Shown in pieces: positions 20,544-30,776 of a stretch of 64,000 nt of DNA (positions are counted from its first letter, which is position 1; each line of letters starts with the position of its first letter). The notes below the pieces were generated by a model. The model saw only the letters and a list, made by a program, of their open reading frames with translations, made no database searches and had not been told where the DNA came from. The position numbers and the translations under genes were made by a program. The DNA is from a virus. The stretch is from positions 38,796-102,795 of IMG/VR virus record IMGVR_UViG_3300047157_000229; one strand, 5' to 3'.

Positions 20544-20604
20544 GAAAAAAAAATTGTGAAAATACTCTTGCCTCTGAGCAGTGCTGAGTGTAAAATCCTT
20601 TAAC

Positions 20605-21630
20605 ATGATTGCTGAAGAAAAAACAAATGAGATGGCTACGAAAAATACGAATAAAAAACTCATTTTTGAAGAGCAATTATCTAGAAAACCTGACCAATTC
20701 CCTTGGGCGCAAGACTTTATTGACGCTATGCATCAGGGGTTTTGGACGGATAAAGAATTTAGCTTTAGCAGCGACATACAAGACTTCAATGTAAATTTGA
20801 ATCCTACAGAAAAAGAAATTATCGTAAGAACTCTTTCGGCTATCGGGCAGATAGAGGTAGCTGTTAAGAAGTTTTGGAGTAAGCTGGGAGACAATTTGCC
20901 TCACCCTAGCCTCACTGATCTTGGTTATGTTATGGCCAACACTGAAGTCATTCATAATAATGCTTACGAGAGATTATTGACTGTTTTGGGTCTGGAAGAA
21001 GTGTTCGAAGAGAATCTCAAACTAGACTTTATTGAGGGGCGCGTAAAATATCTCAGGAAATATAACCATAAGTTTTACAAAGATTCTAAAAAGCAATATG
21101 TTTACGCCCTAACGCTCTTTACCCTTTTTGTTGAGAACGTGTCACTATTTTCCCAATTTTACATCATTAATTGGTTCAATCGCAACCAAAATGTCTTAAA
21201 GGATACTGGTCAGCAAGTCAAATACACTCGTAATGAGGAAAACATTCACGCTTTAGCTGGGATTAAAATTATCAACACTATTCGCAGTCAATACCCTGAG
21301 CTATTCGACGATGAACTGGAAGAACGTATTCTTTCTGAAGCTCAAGCCGCTTTTATCGCGGAGAGTAATATTGTAGATTGGATGATTAATGGATTTAATG
21401 AAAAAGGATTGAACGCTGACATTTTAAAAGAATTCATCAAAAATAGGATAAATGATTCTTTAGAGAAAATTGGTTTTCATTCGGCGTTTGAAGTTGACAC
21501 TTCTTTGCTTAAAGATACAATGTGGTTCGAAGAAGAATTGATTGGTAATAATGCTACAGATTTCTTCCATTCACGCCCTGTGGAGTACTCGAAAAATTCA
21601 CAGACCTTTAACGCAGACGAATTGTTTTAA
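20605..21630 (+). CDS. nrdB: Ribonucleotide reductase class I beta subunit
   Basis: FW...E, EVIHNNAY, ENVSLFSQF, EENIH di-iron motifs, DFFHSRPVEY; likely start ATG 20605. Confidence 0.95.
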   Translation: MIAEEKTNEMATKNTNKKLIFEEQLSRKPDQFPWAQDFIDAMHQGFWTDKEFSFSSDIQDFNVNLNPTEKEIIVRTLSAIGQIEVAVKKFWSKLGDNLPHPSLTDLGYVMANTEVIHNNAYERLLTVLGLEEVFEENLKLDFIEGRVKYLRKYNHKFYKDSKKQYVYALTLFTLFVENVSLFSQFYIINWFNRNQNVLKDTGQQVKYTRNEENIHALAGIKIINTIRSQYPELFDDELEERILSEAQAAFIAESNIVDWMINGFNEKGLNADILKEFIKNRINDSLEKIGFHSAFEVDTSLLKDTMWFEEELIGNNATDFFHSRPVEYSKNSQTFNADELF

Positions 21631-23273
21631 TGACTGACTATTATTGGCTAAATGAGGACTCAAGAATATTTCTTGAGAGAGGTTACCTAAAAGGGGAATC
21701 TCCTGAACAGAGGATAAAAGATATAGCTGATACCGCAGAAGGGTATTTGGGTATTTCTGGTTTCTCAGATAAATTCGTGGGTTACATGAAGCAGGGTTTT
21801 TACTCTTTAGCTTCTCCTGTCTGGTCTAATTTTGGTAGAAAACGTGGGCTACCTATTTCTTGCAATGGGGTATATGTTCCTGATAGAATGGACGGTATCC
21901 TAGCTAAACAAAGCGAGGTTGGAATGCAAACTAAACATGGTTCTGGGACTTCAGCTTATTTCGGGGAACTTAGGGGAAGGGGAGCTAAAATTAATTCGGG
22001 TGGCGAGTCTTCTGGTGCTGTCCATTTCATGGAATTATTTGATAAGGTAGCCTCTGTTGTTTCTCAAGGGAATGTGAGGAGGGGATCTTTTGCTGCGTAT
22101 TTGCCTATTGAACATCCTGACGTAAAAGAGTTTTTGCGTATTCGTAGTGAGGGTAATGCTATTCAGGAAATGTCTTTTGCAGTTACTGTTACTGATTCTT
22201 GGATGCAAGAAATGATTGATGGTAATAGAGATAAACGGCAACTCTGGATGAATGTAATAAAAAAGAGGTATGAGACTGGATACCCCTATATCTTCTTCCA
22301 AGATAACGCTAATAATCAAGCTCCAGATTGCTACAAAGATAAAGGCATGAAAATCTACGCTTCTAATCTCTGCAATGAAATCAGCTTACCCTCTAAAGAA
22401 GATGAATCTTTTGTTTGTTGTTTGTCATCTCTAAATCTAGTCCAGTGGGACGAGATAGTAAAAACAGATGCTATAGAAACTCTAACAATGTTTCTAGATG
22501 CTGTTATGGAGGAATACATCCAGAAGACAGAATCTATTCCATTTATGGAAGCTTCTCATAATTTTGCTAAACGTCATAGAGCTATTGGGATGGGCGTTTT
22601 AGGTTGGCATTCATATCTTCAGAGTAAGATGATCAGCTTCGAAAGCATGGAGGCAAAACTCTTAAATAGTTCCATCTTTAAGAGGATAAGAAAATCTAGT
22701 GATCGAGCTACAGAAGATTTAGCTAATCGTTTAGGTGAACCATTGTATTGTCAAGGTTATGGGCGCAGGAACACAACTACTCTAGCTATTGCTCCTACTA
22801 CTAGTAGTTCTTTTATATTAGGCCAAGCTTCTCCATCTATTGAGCCTCTAAATGGAAACTATTTCACTAAAGATCTAGCTAAAGGTAAATTTTCTTATAG
22901 GAATCCTTATTTAAAATCTCTATTGGCAGAGAAAGGTAAGGACACAGATGATGTTTGGATAAGCATTCTTAATTCTGGGGGGTCAGTTCAAAGGTTATCT
23001 TTTTTAAGTGATGAAGAGAAAGATGTCTTTAAAACTTTTGGCGAAATTTCTCAAAAAGAAATTGTTATTCAAGCAGCTCAAAGGCAAAAATTCCTTGATC
23101 AAGGGCAGTCTTTAAATTTGATGGTTAGTCCAGAAACCTCTTATAAAGAAGTCAATCAGTTAATGATTTACGCTTGGGAAAATGGCGTAAAAGGTCTATA
23201 TTATCAAAGAAGCGCTAATCCTAGCCAAGAATTAGCTAGATCTATACTTAATTGCTCATCTTGCGAAGGTTAA
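21630..23273 (+). CDS. nrdA: Ribonucleotide reductase class I alpha subunit (no ATP cone)
   Basis: LPISC, SNLCNEI, AIAPTTSSS, GLYY, C-terminal CSSCEG. Confidence 0.95.
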   Translation: MTDYYWLNEDSRIFLERGYLKGESPEQRIKDIADTAEGYLGISGFSDKFVGYMKQGFYSLASPVWSNFGRKRGLPISCNGVYVPDRMDGILAKQSEVGMQTKHGSGTSAYFGELRGRGAKINSGGESSGAVHFMELFDKVASVVSQGNVRRGSFAAYLPIEHPDVKEFLRIRSEGNAIQEMSFAVTVTDSWMQEMIDGNRDKRQLWMNVIKKRYETGYPYIFFQDNANNQAPDCYKDKGMKIYASNLCNEISLPSKEDESFVCCLSSLNLVQWDEIVKTDAIETLTMFLDAVMEEYIQKTESIPFMEASHNFAKRHRAIGMGVLGWHSYLQSKMISFESMEAKLLNSSIFKRIRKSSDRATEDLANRLGEPLYCQGYGRRNTTTLAIAPTTSSSFILGQASPSIEPLNGNYFTKDLAKGKFSYRNPYLKSLLAEKGKDTDDVWISILNSGGSVQRLSFLSDEEKDVFKTFGEISQKEIVIQAAQRQKFLDQGQSLNLMVSPETSYKEVNQLMIYAWENGVKGLYYQRSANPSQELARSILNCSSCEG

Positions 23274-23313
23274 TCGTTCATTTTTAATATTTAAAAGTGT
23301 AAAAGTTTTCTAG

Positions 23314-24291
23314 ATGGAATACGATTTTTCAGATAAAGCGAAGGACTTCTTGGAGAGTCAGAGCGCTAAACGCTCTGGTCCAAAAGGATCGGCTCAAACA
23401 CCCGCCAAGCCCTCTGAGAGAAAGAAGGGGTCTTCGAAAAATGAAAAAGGATCTGCTGGTGGAGATAAAAAAGCCCCAGCTATCACTTTTTCAGATAAAG
23501 TTATAACTTCTTTGAAGAATAAAGTAAAAGAGCATAACGAAAAATCTTCAAAAAAAGTAAGTCTAAGTCAGCTTAAAAAAGTCTATCGTAGAGGTTCAGG
23601 AGCTTTCTCTAGTAGCCACCGCCCTGGAAAAAGTAGGGGCCAGTGGGCTATGGCTCGCGTTAATACATTCTTAAAGATGGTTCGTGGTGGTAAAGTAAAA
23701 GAATCTTATCGGGCTGCAGATGGAGATATAGCCAGAGGTAGTGAAGACTATTATGTGGAGGAAATTGGCAATGCCTTTACTGATTTCGACGAGTTAGAAT
23801 TCGGTCTCGCTAAAATTGATCTCTTAAAAGCTGGTGTTTCTGAATTGGATATGGATCAAGATATCGAAGATATTGATTATTCAGAAGCGGAAAAAAAAAC
23901 TCTTAATAAGCCTTTTAGACTAAAAGGTGGTAAAAAGAAATTTGGGGTATATGTAAAAAGCCCAAAAACTGGGAATACTATCATGGTTAAATTTGGTGAT
24001 CCTAATATGGAAATCAAAAGAGACGATCCTGATAGAAGGCGTAGTTTTAGAGCTAGGCACAAATGCGATACAGCTAAGGACAAAACTACACCTCGTTATT
24101 GGAGTTGTAGGTTCTGGTCGAAGAAACCTGTAAGTTCAATGGCTTCTGAAGAAGCTATAGAATGGGATGACGAAGAAATTTTGAGTGAGTGGGCTTGGGA
24201 TGATGAGGGGTTTGCCGAGCATCAAGATCTACTAAACGCTTACCCGTTTCTTACTGAGATTAAGTTAGTGGTTGAAGAAGAAGAATTGTAG
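23314..24291 (+). CDS. Basic two-module hypothetical protein
   Basis: Module 1 LKKVYRRGSGAFSSSHRPG...QWAMARVN; module 2 KFGVYVK...VKFGDPNM...SFRARHKC...YWSC; acidic linkers. Confidence 0.75.
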   Translation: MEYDFSDKAKDFLESQSAKRSGPKGSAQTPAKPSERKKGSSKNEKGSAGGDKKAPAITFSDKVITSLKNKVKEHNEKSSKKVSLSQLKKVYRRGSGAFSSSHRPGKSRGQWAMARVNTFLKMVRGGKVKESYRAADGDIARGSEDYYVEEIGNAFTDFDELEFGLAKIDLLKAGVSELDMDQDIEDIDYSEAEKKTLNKPFRLKGGKKKFGVYVKSPKTGNTIMVKFGDPNMEIKRDDPDRRRSFRARHKCDTAKDKTTPRYWSCRFWSKKPVSSMASEEAIEWDDEEILSEWAWDDEGFAEHQDLLNAYPFLTEIKLVVEEEEL

Positions 24292-24299
24292 GTTATAAT
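24272..24299 (+). promoter_or_regulatory. sigma70-like promoter of the glycosylation cluster
   Basis: TTGAAG-16-TATAAT, 11 nt before ATG 24311. Confidence 0.5.
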
Positions 24300-24310
24300 A
24301 ACCTCACTAG

Positions 24311-25156
24311 ATGAGGGTATTATTCATTTCCGACTTCACGCTGGAAGATAATTCTGGTGGCGCACAAGTAAGTAATAAAATTATAATAGATAAAGGTCGA
24401 GAGCTTGGCTATGAGATTAAGGAGCATAGCTACAGATCATCAGCTACCGATTTTTTGTCTTCTTATGATTTGGTTGTGAATTCTAATCTGGAGGTAATAA
24501 GTAGAATTACTCCAGAAAAAATCCCCTTGATCTTAAGAATGCCTAATTCAGTTAGGCTTGAGCATGACTCCTGTAGTTATTTAACTGACAGTCTTAGAGA
24601 ACACTTTTTTAGTAAAGCCGAAAAAAATTTCTTTCTAAGCAATTATCATCTAGAGTTTTTCCAAAACTTATATGGTGACTACTTCCATAATGTGGAGATA
24701 AATTATGACCCTATCGATACTTCACTTTTCACTAAATCTGAAGATTCTAAAGAGTATGATGTAGTTTATTGCGGTTATCTGCACCCGCTAAAAGGATTTA
24801 ACAATCTATTAGACTTTGCTAAAACAAATCCTGACAGGCAAGTAGATGTGTTTGGGTGGGGCGAAGCTTCTGCGGAGCGGTTTTTTAAAGATATTAAAAA
24901 CATTAAATATCACGGATTGCTATCTCATAATGAAGTAGCGGAGGTATTTAAGAAATCTAAAGCTTTATTTCATTCTCCAATAGTAAACGAGCCTTTTTGT
25001 CGAATGGTGGGAGAAGCATTATTATGTGGTATTGATGAGATTATAGGTGACACATCAAAGATAGGGTCTTATAAGGAGTTCAATAAAGTTGGTTACGACA
25101 AATTCAAAGAGGGTTGTCAAAACGCAGCTTCTAAATTCTGGGAAAAAATAAAATGA
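24311..25156 (+). CDS. Glycosyltransferase GT-B (GT4-like)
   Basis: SGGAQ N-terminal loop, GYLHPLKG, EPFCRMVGEA. Confidence 0.85.
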   Translation: MRVLFISDFTLEDNSGGAQVSNKIIIDKGRELGYEIKEHSYRSSATDFLSSYDLVVNSNLEVISRITPEKIPLILRMPNSVRLEHDSCSYLTDSLREHFFSKAEKNFFLSNYHLEFFQNLYGDYFHNVEINYDPIDTSLFTKSEDSKEYDVVYCGYLHPLKGFNNLLDFAKTNPDRQVDVFGWGEASAERFFKDIKNIKYHGLLSHNEVAEVFKKSKALFHSPIVNEPFCRMVGEALLCGIDEIIGDTSKIGSYKEFNKVGYDKFKEGCQNAASKFWEKIK

Positions 25157-25998
25157 ACTTTCTATGTGGGACATATTTTAAGCATCAATGCGGGTTACAG
25201 TTAACAGACTATAAAAACGCTAGAGATTCAGTTCTTGTAAATTTCAAAGATGAATCTTTAGATAACAACCTCGTATTTTGTAAACCTGAGTATTTGAGCT
25301 TGTTAAATACTTACTCTAAAATAGGTTCTGTAAAACTCCCAGATAAGTTTGATTTAATCACTCATAATTCAGATATAAATTTCGACGCTCAACAAATAGA
25401 CTTTGTATTAGATTTATTTCCTAATATTAATAATTGGTATACGCAGAACTTAGTATTTGATCATCCTAAACTAAAGCCGATTCCTATTGGTATAGCTAAC
25501 CCCAAATGGTCACATGGTAATCAATCAAGATTTCTTGAGATTATGGGTGAGAGTCAAGAAAAAACAAATAAAGTTTACGTTAACTTTAATGTATCTACTA
25601 ATCCTCCAGCGAGATATGATTGTTTAAATAAAATATCTGATCAATACCCTTTGCAGAATAAAAGCAATTACCCAAATGCTGCTTCGATACAAGATCATGA
25701 TGATTTTGTTGATTCTACTCAAAAAGATTATTTAAGAGATATTGCAAAATCGTATTTTACAGTTTCCCCTGTAGGGAATGGCTTGGATTGTCATAAAACT
25801 TGGGAAGCTATTTACATGAAAAGCATTCCTATAGTTAGTAGATGGCATGGGGTAGAGAAATTTAAAGAGATGGGTATACCTATAATTATAATAGACGATT
25901 GGTCCGAATTGAAAGATTTAGAACTATCTCCTGATCTTTACAAAAAAACTTGGGGAGATTTTGAGCCAAGCAATCTAAACTTCGATTTATTCAAATGA
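25153..25998 (+). CDS. Exostosin/GT47-like glycosyltransferase
   Basis: PIPIG, FTVSPVGNGLDCHKTWEAIY..SIPI. Confidence 0.6.
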   Translation: MNFLCGTYFKHQCGLQLTDYKNARDSVLVNFKDESLDNNLVFCKPEYLSLLNTYSKIGSVKLPDKFDLITHNSDINFDAQQIDFVLDLFPNINNWYTQNLVFDHPKLKPIPIGIANPKWSHGNQSRFLEIMGESQEKTNKVYVNFNVSTNPPARYDCLNKISDQYPLQNKSNYPNAASIQDHDDFVDSTQKDYLRDIAKSYFTVSPVGNGLDCHKTWEAIYMKSIPIVSRWHGVEKFKEMGIPIIIIDDWSELKDLELSPDLYKKTWGDFEPSNLNFDLFK

Positions 25999-26681
25999 AA
26001 AATTTAGACAAAGTTTCAGTAATACATTATACTAAATTAAAAGATAGAAAAGCTCACATGTTAAAAGAGCTAAAACAATGGTTTAGTGGTATTGATTATC
26101 AGTTCATTGAGGATTTTGACCAAGAAAATCTAACTGAAGATTTAATAAACGAAAATTTTGATCTGCTAACTTTCGAATCTAAATTTGATAGGAAAATGTC
26201 TTTGTCTGAAATGTCTTTGTGTATGAAATACAAGAAGGTGGTCAATGACATATCAAATCAAGAATCAGGAGAACATTTTTTTATATTAGAGGATGATGTT
26301 ATATTTAAAGAAGACCCTATGGTTTATTTAGAATCCATGAATGAGTTTTGTAAAGATGAGGGCTTTAAATATGATTGTGTTTTCTTAGGGGAGGCTTGGA
26401 TAAGAAAAGGTGACGATAGAAATGTGTTTGGTAAAAAAAATCACCCAGCGACAAATGGACTATGCACAGTTCTATATACAAAAAATGCATTAAATAAACT
26501 TAATGATTATTTACAGTCTACAAAAATAACTCAACCCTTGGATTGGGAATTTAACACTGCTTTTGAGAAAATGGATTTTCAAGTCTATTGGGGGAAAGCT
26601 ATAACAAAGCATGGTAGTGTATTAGCTATGGATGAAATAGAATTTAAGCATCTAAAATCAACCTTAAGAGATTCATATTAA
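25995..26681 (+). CDS. GT25-like glycosyltransferase
   Basis: DRKAHM, SEMSL, ILEDDV, PLDW. Confidence 0.7.
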   Translation: MKNLDKVSVIHYTKLKDRKAHMLKELKQWFSGIDYQFIEDFDQENLTEDLINENFDLLTFESKFDRKMSLSEMSLCMKYKKVVNDISNQESGEHFFILEDDVIFKEDPMVYLESMNEFCKDEGFKYDCVFLGEAWIRKGDDRNVFGKKNHPATNGLCTVLYTKNALNKLNDYLQSTKITQPLDWEFNTAFEKMDFQVYWGKAITKHGSVLAMDEIEFKHLKSTLRDSY

Positions 26682-27625
26682 TGTCTAAAAAGATAAAATT
26701 AAAATTTTCTTCGCCTTGGGATTCTCCAGAAGATAACAATAATCGTGTTCTATACAACTGGGGCAAACCTCCCGATTGTTTTGAGTTTACTACAGGTGGA
26801 GATTATGATTATTTAATAGTTTTGAACCATAGTGCTGAAATGTATTCTTCTCCAAAAGAAAAGAATATAGCTGTCACAATGGAGCCTACTTGGAGTGTTA
26901 ACTCATTAAAAGATCTTGGTGATTATTGTGATCATGTTATTACTTGTGATAAAAAAATACAAGGAGAGAATATCCATCATACATTTTCTTTTTTGTTTTC
27001 TCATGATTCTAGAAATAATATACATACTAATAATTTATATGGACCAACTGCTAATGAATATCTAGAAAATGATTCGTTACCTGAAGGTATAGATTCGGTA
27101 GATTATTCTAAAAAAATGTCTTTTATGGTCGCTAATCATGGAGCTTTAGCGGGTTCTACACAACCTGAATCATCCAATTACCATATCAGAGAAAATTTAT
27201 TGCTAAAGATTTTAAATTCAGATTTAGACGTAGATATTTTTGGAAAAGGATGGTCAATAAATGATGAAAGATACAAAGGTGCGCCTCCTCTTAAAAAAGA
27301 CGCTCTTAAAAATTATAAGTATTCTATATGTATGGAAAATAGTTGTGAAGACTTATATATTTCTGAAAAATTCTTCGATTGTTTATTGAACAACTGCGTA
27401 CCTGTATATTATGGTTGTAAAAATATAGGAAAAGCATATAATGAGAATTCATTTATAACTTTTAATCCAGAATCTGATAACGTTATTCAAGAGCTAAAAC
27501 AGATTATAAATGAACCAATTTCTTGGAGGTTACCCGCCATCAAAAACAGTAAAAAAGATTACTTTACTAAATACAATTTATTGAATTACTTAGAGAAATT
27601 TATAAAAAAAAATAATTACAGTTAA
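26681..27625 (+). CDS. GT10 (fucosyltransferase-like) glycosyltransferase
   Basis: YKYSICMENS..DLYISEKFFD....CVPVYYG. Confidence 0.8.
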   Translation: MSKKIKLKFSSPWDSPEDNNNRVLYNWGKPPDCFEFTTGGDYDYLIVLNHSAEMYSSPKEKNIAVTMEPTWSVNSLKDLGDYCDHVITCDKKIQGENIHHTFSFLFSHDSRNNIHTNNLYGPTANEYLENDSLPEGIDSVDYSKKMSFMVANHGALAGSTQPESSNYHIRENLLLKILNSDLDVDIFGKGWSINDERYKGAPPLKKDALKNYKYSICMENSCEDLYISEKFFDCLLNNCVPVYYGCKNIGKAYNENSFITFNPESDNVIQELKQIINEPISWRLPAIKNSKKDYFTKYNLLNYLEKFIKKNNYS

Positions 27626-27636
27626 CTTTAAAATTT

Positions 27637-28392
27637 ATGAATATACAAGACGTAGTGAGAAAAAATAGGGAGACTTTAAGTTCAGTAGATTGTTTTATCA
27701 CTGATGAGAATTACAATGATAGCCCAGATAATTATGGCTTACCTCTACATGTAAGACATTTAATTGATTTGCCTATTAACAAAGATTTGACTTATGTAGA
27801 CATTTTGATGTTTTTAAAAAACCACTTAGAAACTGAAAACCCCAAATATGTAGAAATAGGAGTCTCTGTTCTTAAGACCTTTTATCAAGTGGCTAATTTT
27901 CTTGACGATTCTGAGTTATACGCTTTTGACATTAATAAAATTAATCCCAGTATTGCAAAAGAATTCACTCTTACTCAACAAGGGTCTCAAGTCAATAAGT
28001 ATGAGTATAATAAAAATAAAATAACTCATTTTAAAGGTGATGTGTTTAAACAAGAAGACTTTGATTTATTTAAGAAAGAAGTTAATGGAGATGTAAATAT
28101 AATTTTTTCTGATGCTCATCATACAGGAGAAGGTCTAAGAGCAGAATATGATTCTTTTATTAAAGAGGGTTTGTCTAAAGATTTTATTTTGTATTATGAT
28201 GATTTACAAAACCAACCTATGCAAAAAGTTTTTCTGGAGATTTGCCAAGAACACAAACAAAAAAATCCTTCTACCACAAGCGCGTTTTTTAAGGTAAATG
28301 GTTGGCTAGGGCAACATGAGAGTTCTCACATTAATGGAATTATTACTTCTATTGATATACGTAATATTTTTCCATTCGTTAACTATATATAA
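27637..28392 (+). CDS. Class I SAM methyltransferase-like protein
   Basis: YVEIGV, YAFD, IIFSDAHH, LYYDD. Confidence 0.55.
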   Translation: MNIQDVVRKNRETLSSVDCFITDENYNDSPDNYGLPLHVRHLIDLPINKDLTYVDILMFLKNHLETENPKYVEIGVSVLKTFYQVANFLDDSELYAFDINKINPSIAKEFTLTQQGSQVNKYEYNKNKITHFKGDVFKQEDFDLFKKEVNGDVNIIFSDAHHTGEGLRAEYDSFIKEGLSKDFILYYDDLQNQPMQKVFLEICQEHKQKNPSTTSAFFKVNGWLGQHESSHINGIITSIDIRNIFPFVNYI

Positions 28393-28403
28393 TATAACGA
28401 TAT

Positions 28404-29111
28404 ATGAAATATTTAATCAACTATGCGAATAAAGGTTTTTATAAATCTCAAAAGATGAATTCTATTTCGGGTATATCTGCTGGATTTGATTCGGTTATCC
28501 AATATAGAGAAAAAGATATAGATAATGAATTCGCAAAGAAAAACCATAAAATACTGGATCAAATTCGTGGTGCTGGTTATTGGTTATGGAAACCTTATTT
28601 TATATACGAGACTCTGAAAAAAACAAACAATGGGGATATAATCTTCTATTCTGATAGTGGTGCTAAATTTATAAAGTTAATAGAACCTATTTTAAAAAAA
28701 ATAGAGGTAGCTAATAATGGAGTTGCGGTTTTTGAAATGTCGGGGCATCATAAAGAAAATGAATATTGTAGAAAACAAGTAGCTCAAGAAGTTGTGGGCT
28801 GCGATGAGAACATCATTAGTAGTGATCAAAATATGGCTAGTTTTGTTGGGGTACGTAATTGTCCAGAGGCGGTTGATATAATTTATCAATGGCTCAGTCT
28901 TTGTCAAAAAGAACACCTTATCATAGATTTACCGCCTCAAGAAGATGAGTTTCCCATGTTCAAAGAGCATCGCCACGATCAAACCCTTCTAAGTCTTTTG
29001 AGTAAAAAATTGAACTTAGACACTATTACTGATCCATCCCAGTGGGGTCTTATACATAAACAGACCACACAAGAAGATTATTTTATTGACCATCACAGAG
29101 GAAGAGAATGA
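28404..29111 (+). CDS. Putative GT-A glycosyltransferase
   Basis: RGAGYWLWKPY, YSDSG, EHRHDQ. Confidence 0.55.
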   Translation: MKYLINYANKGFYKSQKMNSISGISAGFDSVIQYREKDIDNEFAKKNHKILDQIRGAGYWLWKPYFIYETLKKTNNGDIIFYSDSGAKFIKLIEPILKKIEVANNGVAVFEMSGHHKENEYCRKQVAQEVVGCDENIISSDQNMASFVGVRNCPEAVDIIYQWLSLCQKEHLIIDLPPQEDEFPMFKEHRHDQTLLSLLSKKLNLDTITDPSQWGLIHKQTTQEDYFIDHHRGRE

Positions 29112-29881
29112 AAAAAAATCTATACATACATCACCATTTAGGCTTAGGCGACCATTTTGATTGCAATGGAATGGTACGATATATTCTGGAAAAAACCCCT
29201 TTTGATGAAGTTAAAGTTTTCTGCAAAGATATAAATTTATCTTTGGTTAAAGAAATGTATGAAGACAATAAAAACATAGAAGTAATCAGTTTAAAAAGTA
29301 ACCCTGATTTGTATGGCCAATTTGATTCTAACGAATACTCTCAAGTAAAAATGATTATCGATGAAAATACAGTTTCTGCTTCTTCGTTATCTGAAATTCT
29401 TGAATATGGTGAAAAACACGATACAGTTCTACTTGTTATAGGTCATGGTTTTTATAAGTCGGTGAAAGGTAAAAATTGTTGGGAAATTTTTTATGATCAA
29501 GTTGGAATTCCGTATGAAATAAGAAAAGATTATTTTTATTTAAAAAGGGATACGGAACAGGAAAAAAATCTTTTACAGAGAAAAAACCCTAATGGTGAAC
29601 CTTTTATTTTTATTCATGATGATAAAAGTAGAGGCTTTGAAATAAATAAAACATACTTGTCAAACGACGAACTTTTAGTTATTGAAAATGACGTTTCTGA
29701 AAATATTTTCAATTTTATTGGTGTTATAAGAAAAGCTCAAGAAGTGCATTGCATGGAAAGTTCTTTTAAAACATTAGTAGATATTTACTGTGATCAGGAT
29801 AAATTATTTTTTCACGATTTTAGAGGTCACCCTTTAGGTTTTCAAAGCAACAAAAATTGGAAAGTAATAAGTTATGAGTGA
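29108..29881 (+). CDS. GT-B-like hypothetical protein
   Basis: HHHLGLGDH, FIFIHDD, EVHCMESS. Confidence 0.5.
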   Translation: MKKNLYIHHHLGLGDHFDCNGMVRYILEKTPFDEVKVFCKDINLSLVKEMYEDNKNIEVISLKSNPDLYGQFDSNEYSQVKMIIDENTVSASSLSEILEYGEKHDTVLLVIGHGFYKSVKGKNCWEIFYDQVGIPYEIRKDYFYLKRDTEQEKNLLQRKNPNGEPFIFIHDDKSRGFEINKTYLSNDELLVIENDVSENIFNFIGVIRKAQEVHCMESSFKTLVDIYCDQDKLFFHDFRGHPLGFQSNKNWKVISYE

Positions 29882-30746
29882 GTTAAATTTTATTAATTAT
29901 AACTGGATGCCAACAGTAGCAGACCATGTAATAGACTTTGACAATTCTTTTTATGTTAACGCTGGCATAAGTAGATTACATCAAAAAGAAAATCTTCAAC
30001 CAGAAGATGTAAAAGATGGAGATATTGTGTTTGTCAAAACAGATTATGTTTATCATGGCCAATTTATAGATGTTTTAAAATTAATAAAAAGTAAATTCAC
30101 GCTTATCACCGCTGGCTCTTCTTATAACGTGAGTTATGGTCATCCTTCTTATCTTGATATATTAAACTCTGACAAAATCAAATATTGGTTTTGCACAAAT
30201 CCCCCTAATATAGATCACCCAAAATTAATAGCGATGCCTATTGGGTTTGAAGAAAAAGAAAGAGCTGGTGGAGATCAACACATAATAAAAAAACATTGGG
30301 ATAATAAAATACGATGGGAAAATAAAATTAATAAACTTTACCTATCTTACCATACTAAAGGAAACAACCCCAATAGAGATAAAAATATAAACTATTTAAG
30401 TTCTTTAGATTTCGTTCATGTAGAGAATGAAAAGATGCCTTTCGATGATTATTTAACTGAATTAGGTAAATACAAATATACAATATGTTTGGAAGGGTCA
30501 GGTTTTGATACTCACAGAAATTATGAGTCTCTGCTTGTTGGTTCTATACCAATTATGATAGATAGTAGCGTCAGACAAGTTTACAGAGATTGGGAGTTAC
30601 CTAGCGTTTTTGTCGATAATTGGCAAGATATGTCTCATGGTTTGGAATTAGAAAAATACGATGCTTTAAATAAACTGGCTAAAAACACAAAATCTTTCCT
30701 AGAAATTTCTTCTCATAAAAATAAAATATTAGAATACTCTTCCTAA
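29874..30746 (+). CDS. Exostosin/GT47-like glycosyltransferase (paralogue of 25153)
   Basis: MPIG, ICLEGSGFDTHRNYESLLVGSIPI. Confidence 0.6.
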   Translation: MSELNFINYNWMPTVADHVIDFDNSFYVNAGISRLHQKENLQPEDVKDGDIVFVKTDYVYHGQFIDVLKLIKSKFTLITAGSSYNVSYGHPSYLDILNSDKIKYWFCTNPPNIDHPKLIAMPIGFEEKERAGGDQHIIKKHWDNKIRWENKINKLYLSYHTKGNNPNRDKNINYLSSLDFVHVENEKMPFDDYLTELGKYKYTICLEGSGFDTHRNYESLLVGSIPIMIDSSVRQVYRDWELPSVFVDNWQDMSHGLELEKYDALNKLAKNTKSFLEISSHKNKILEYSS

Positions 30747-30776
30747 AAAAACAGAATACATCTGTGATAAATTATT

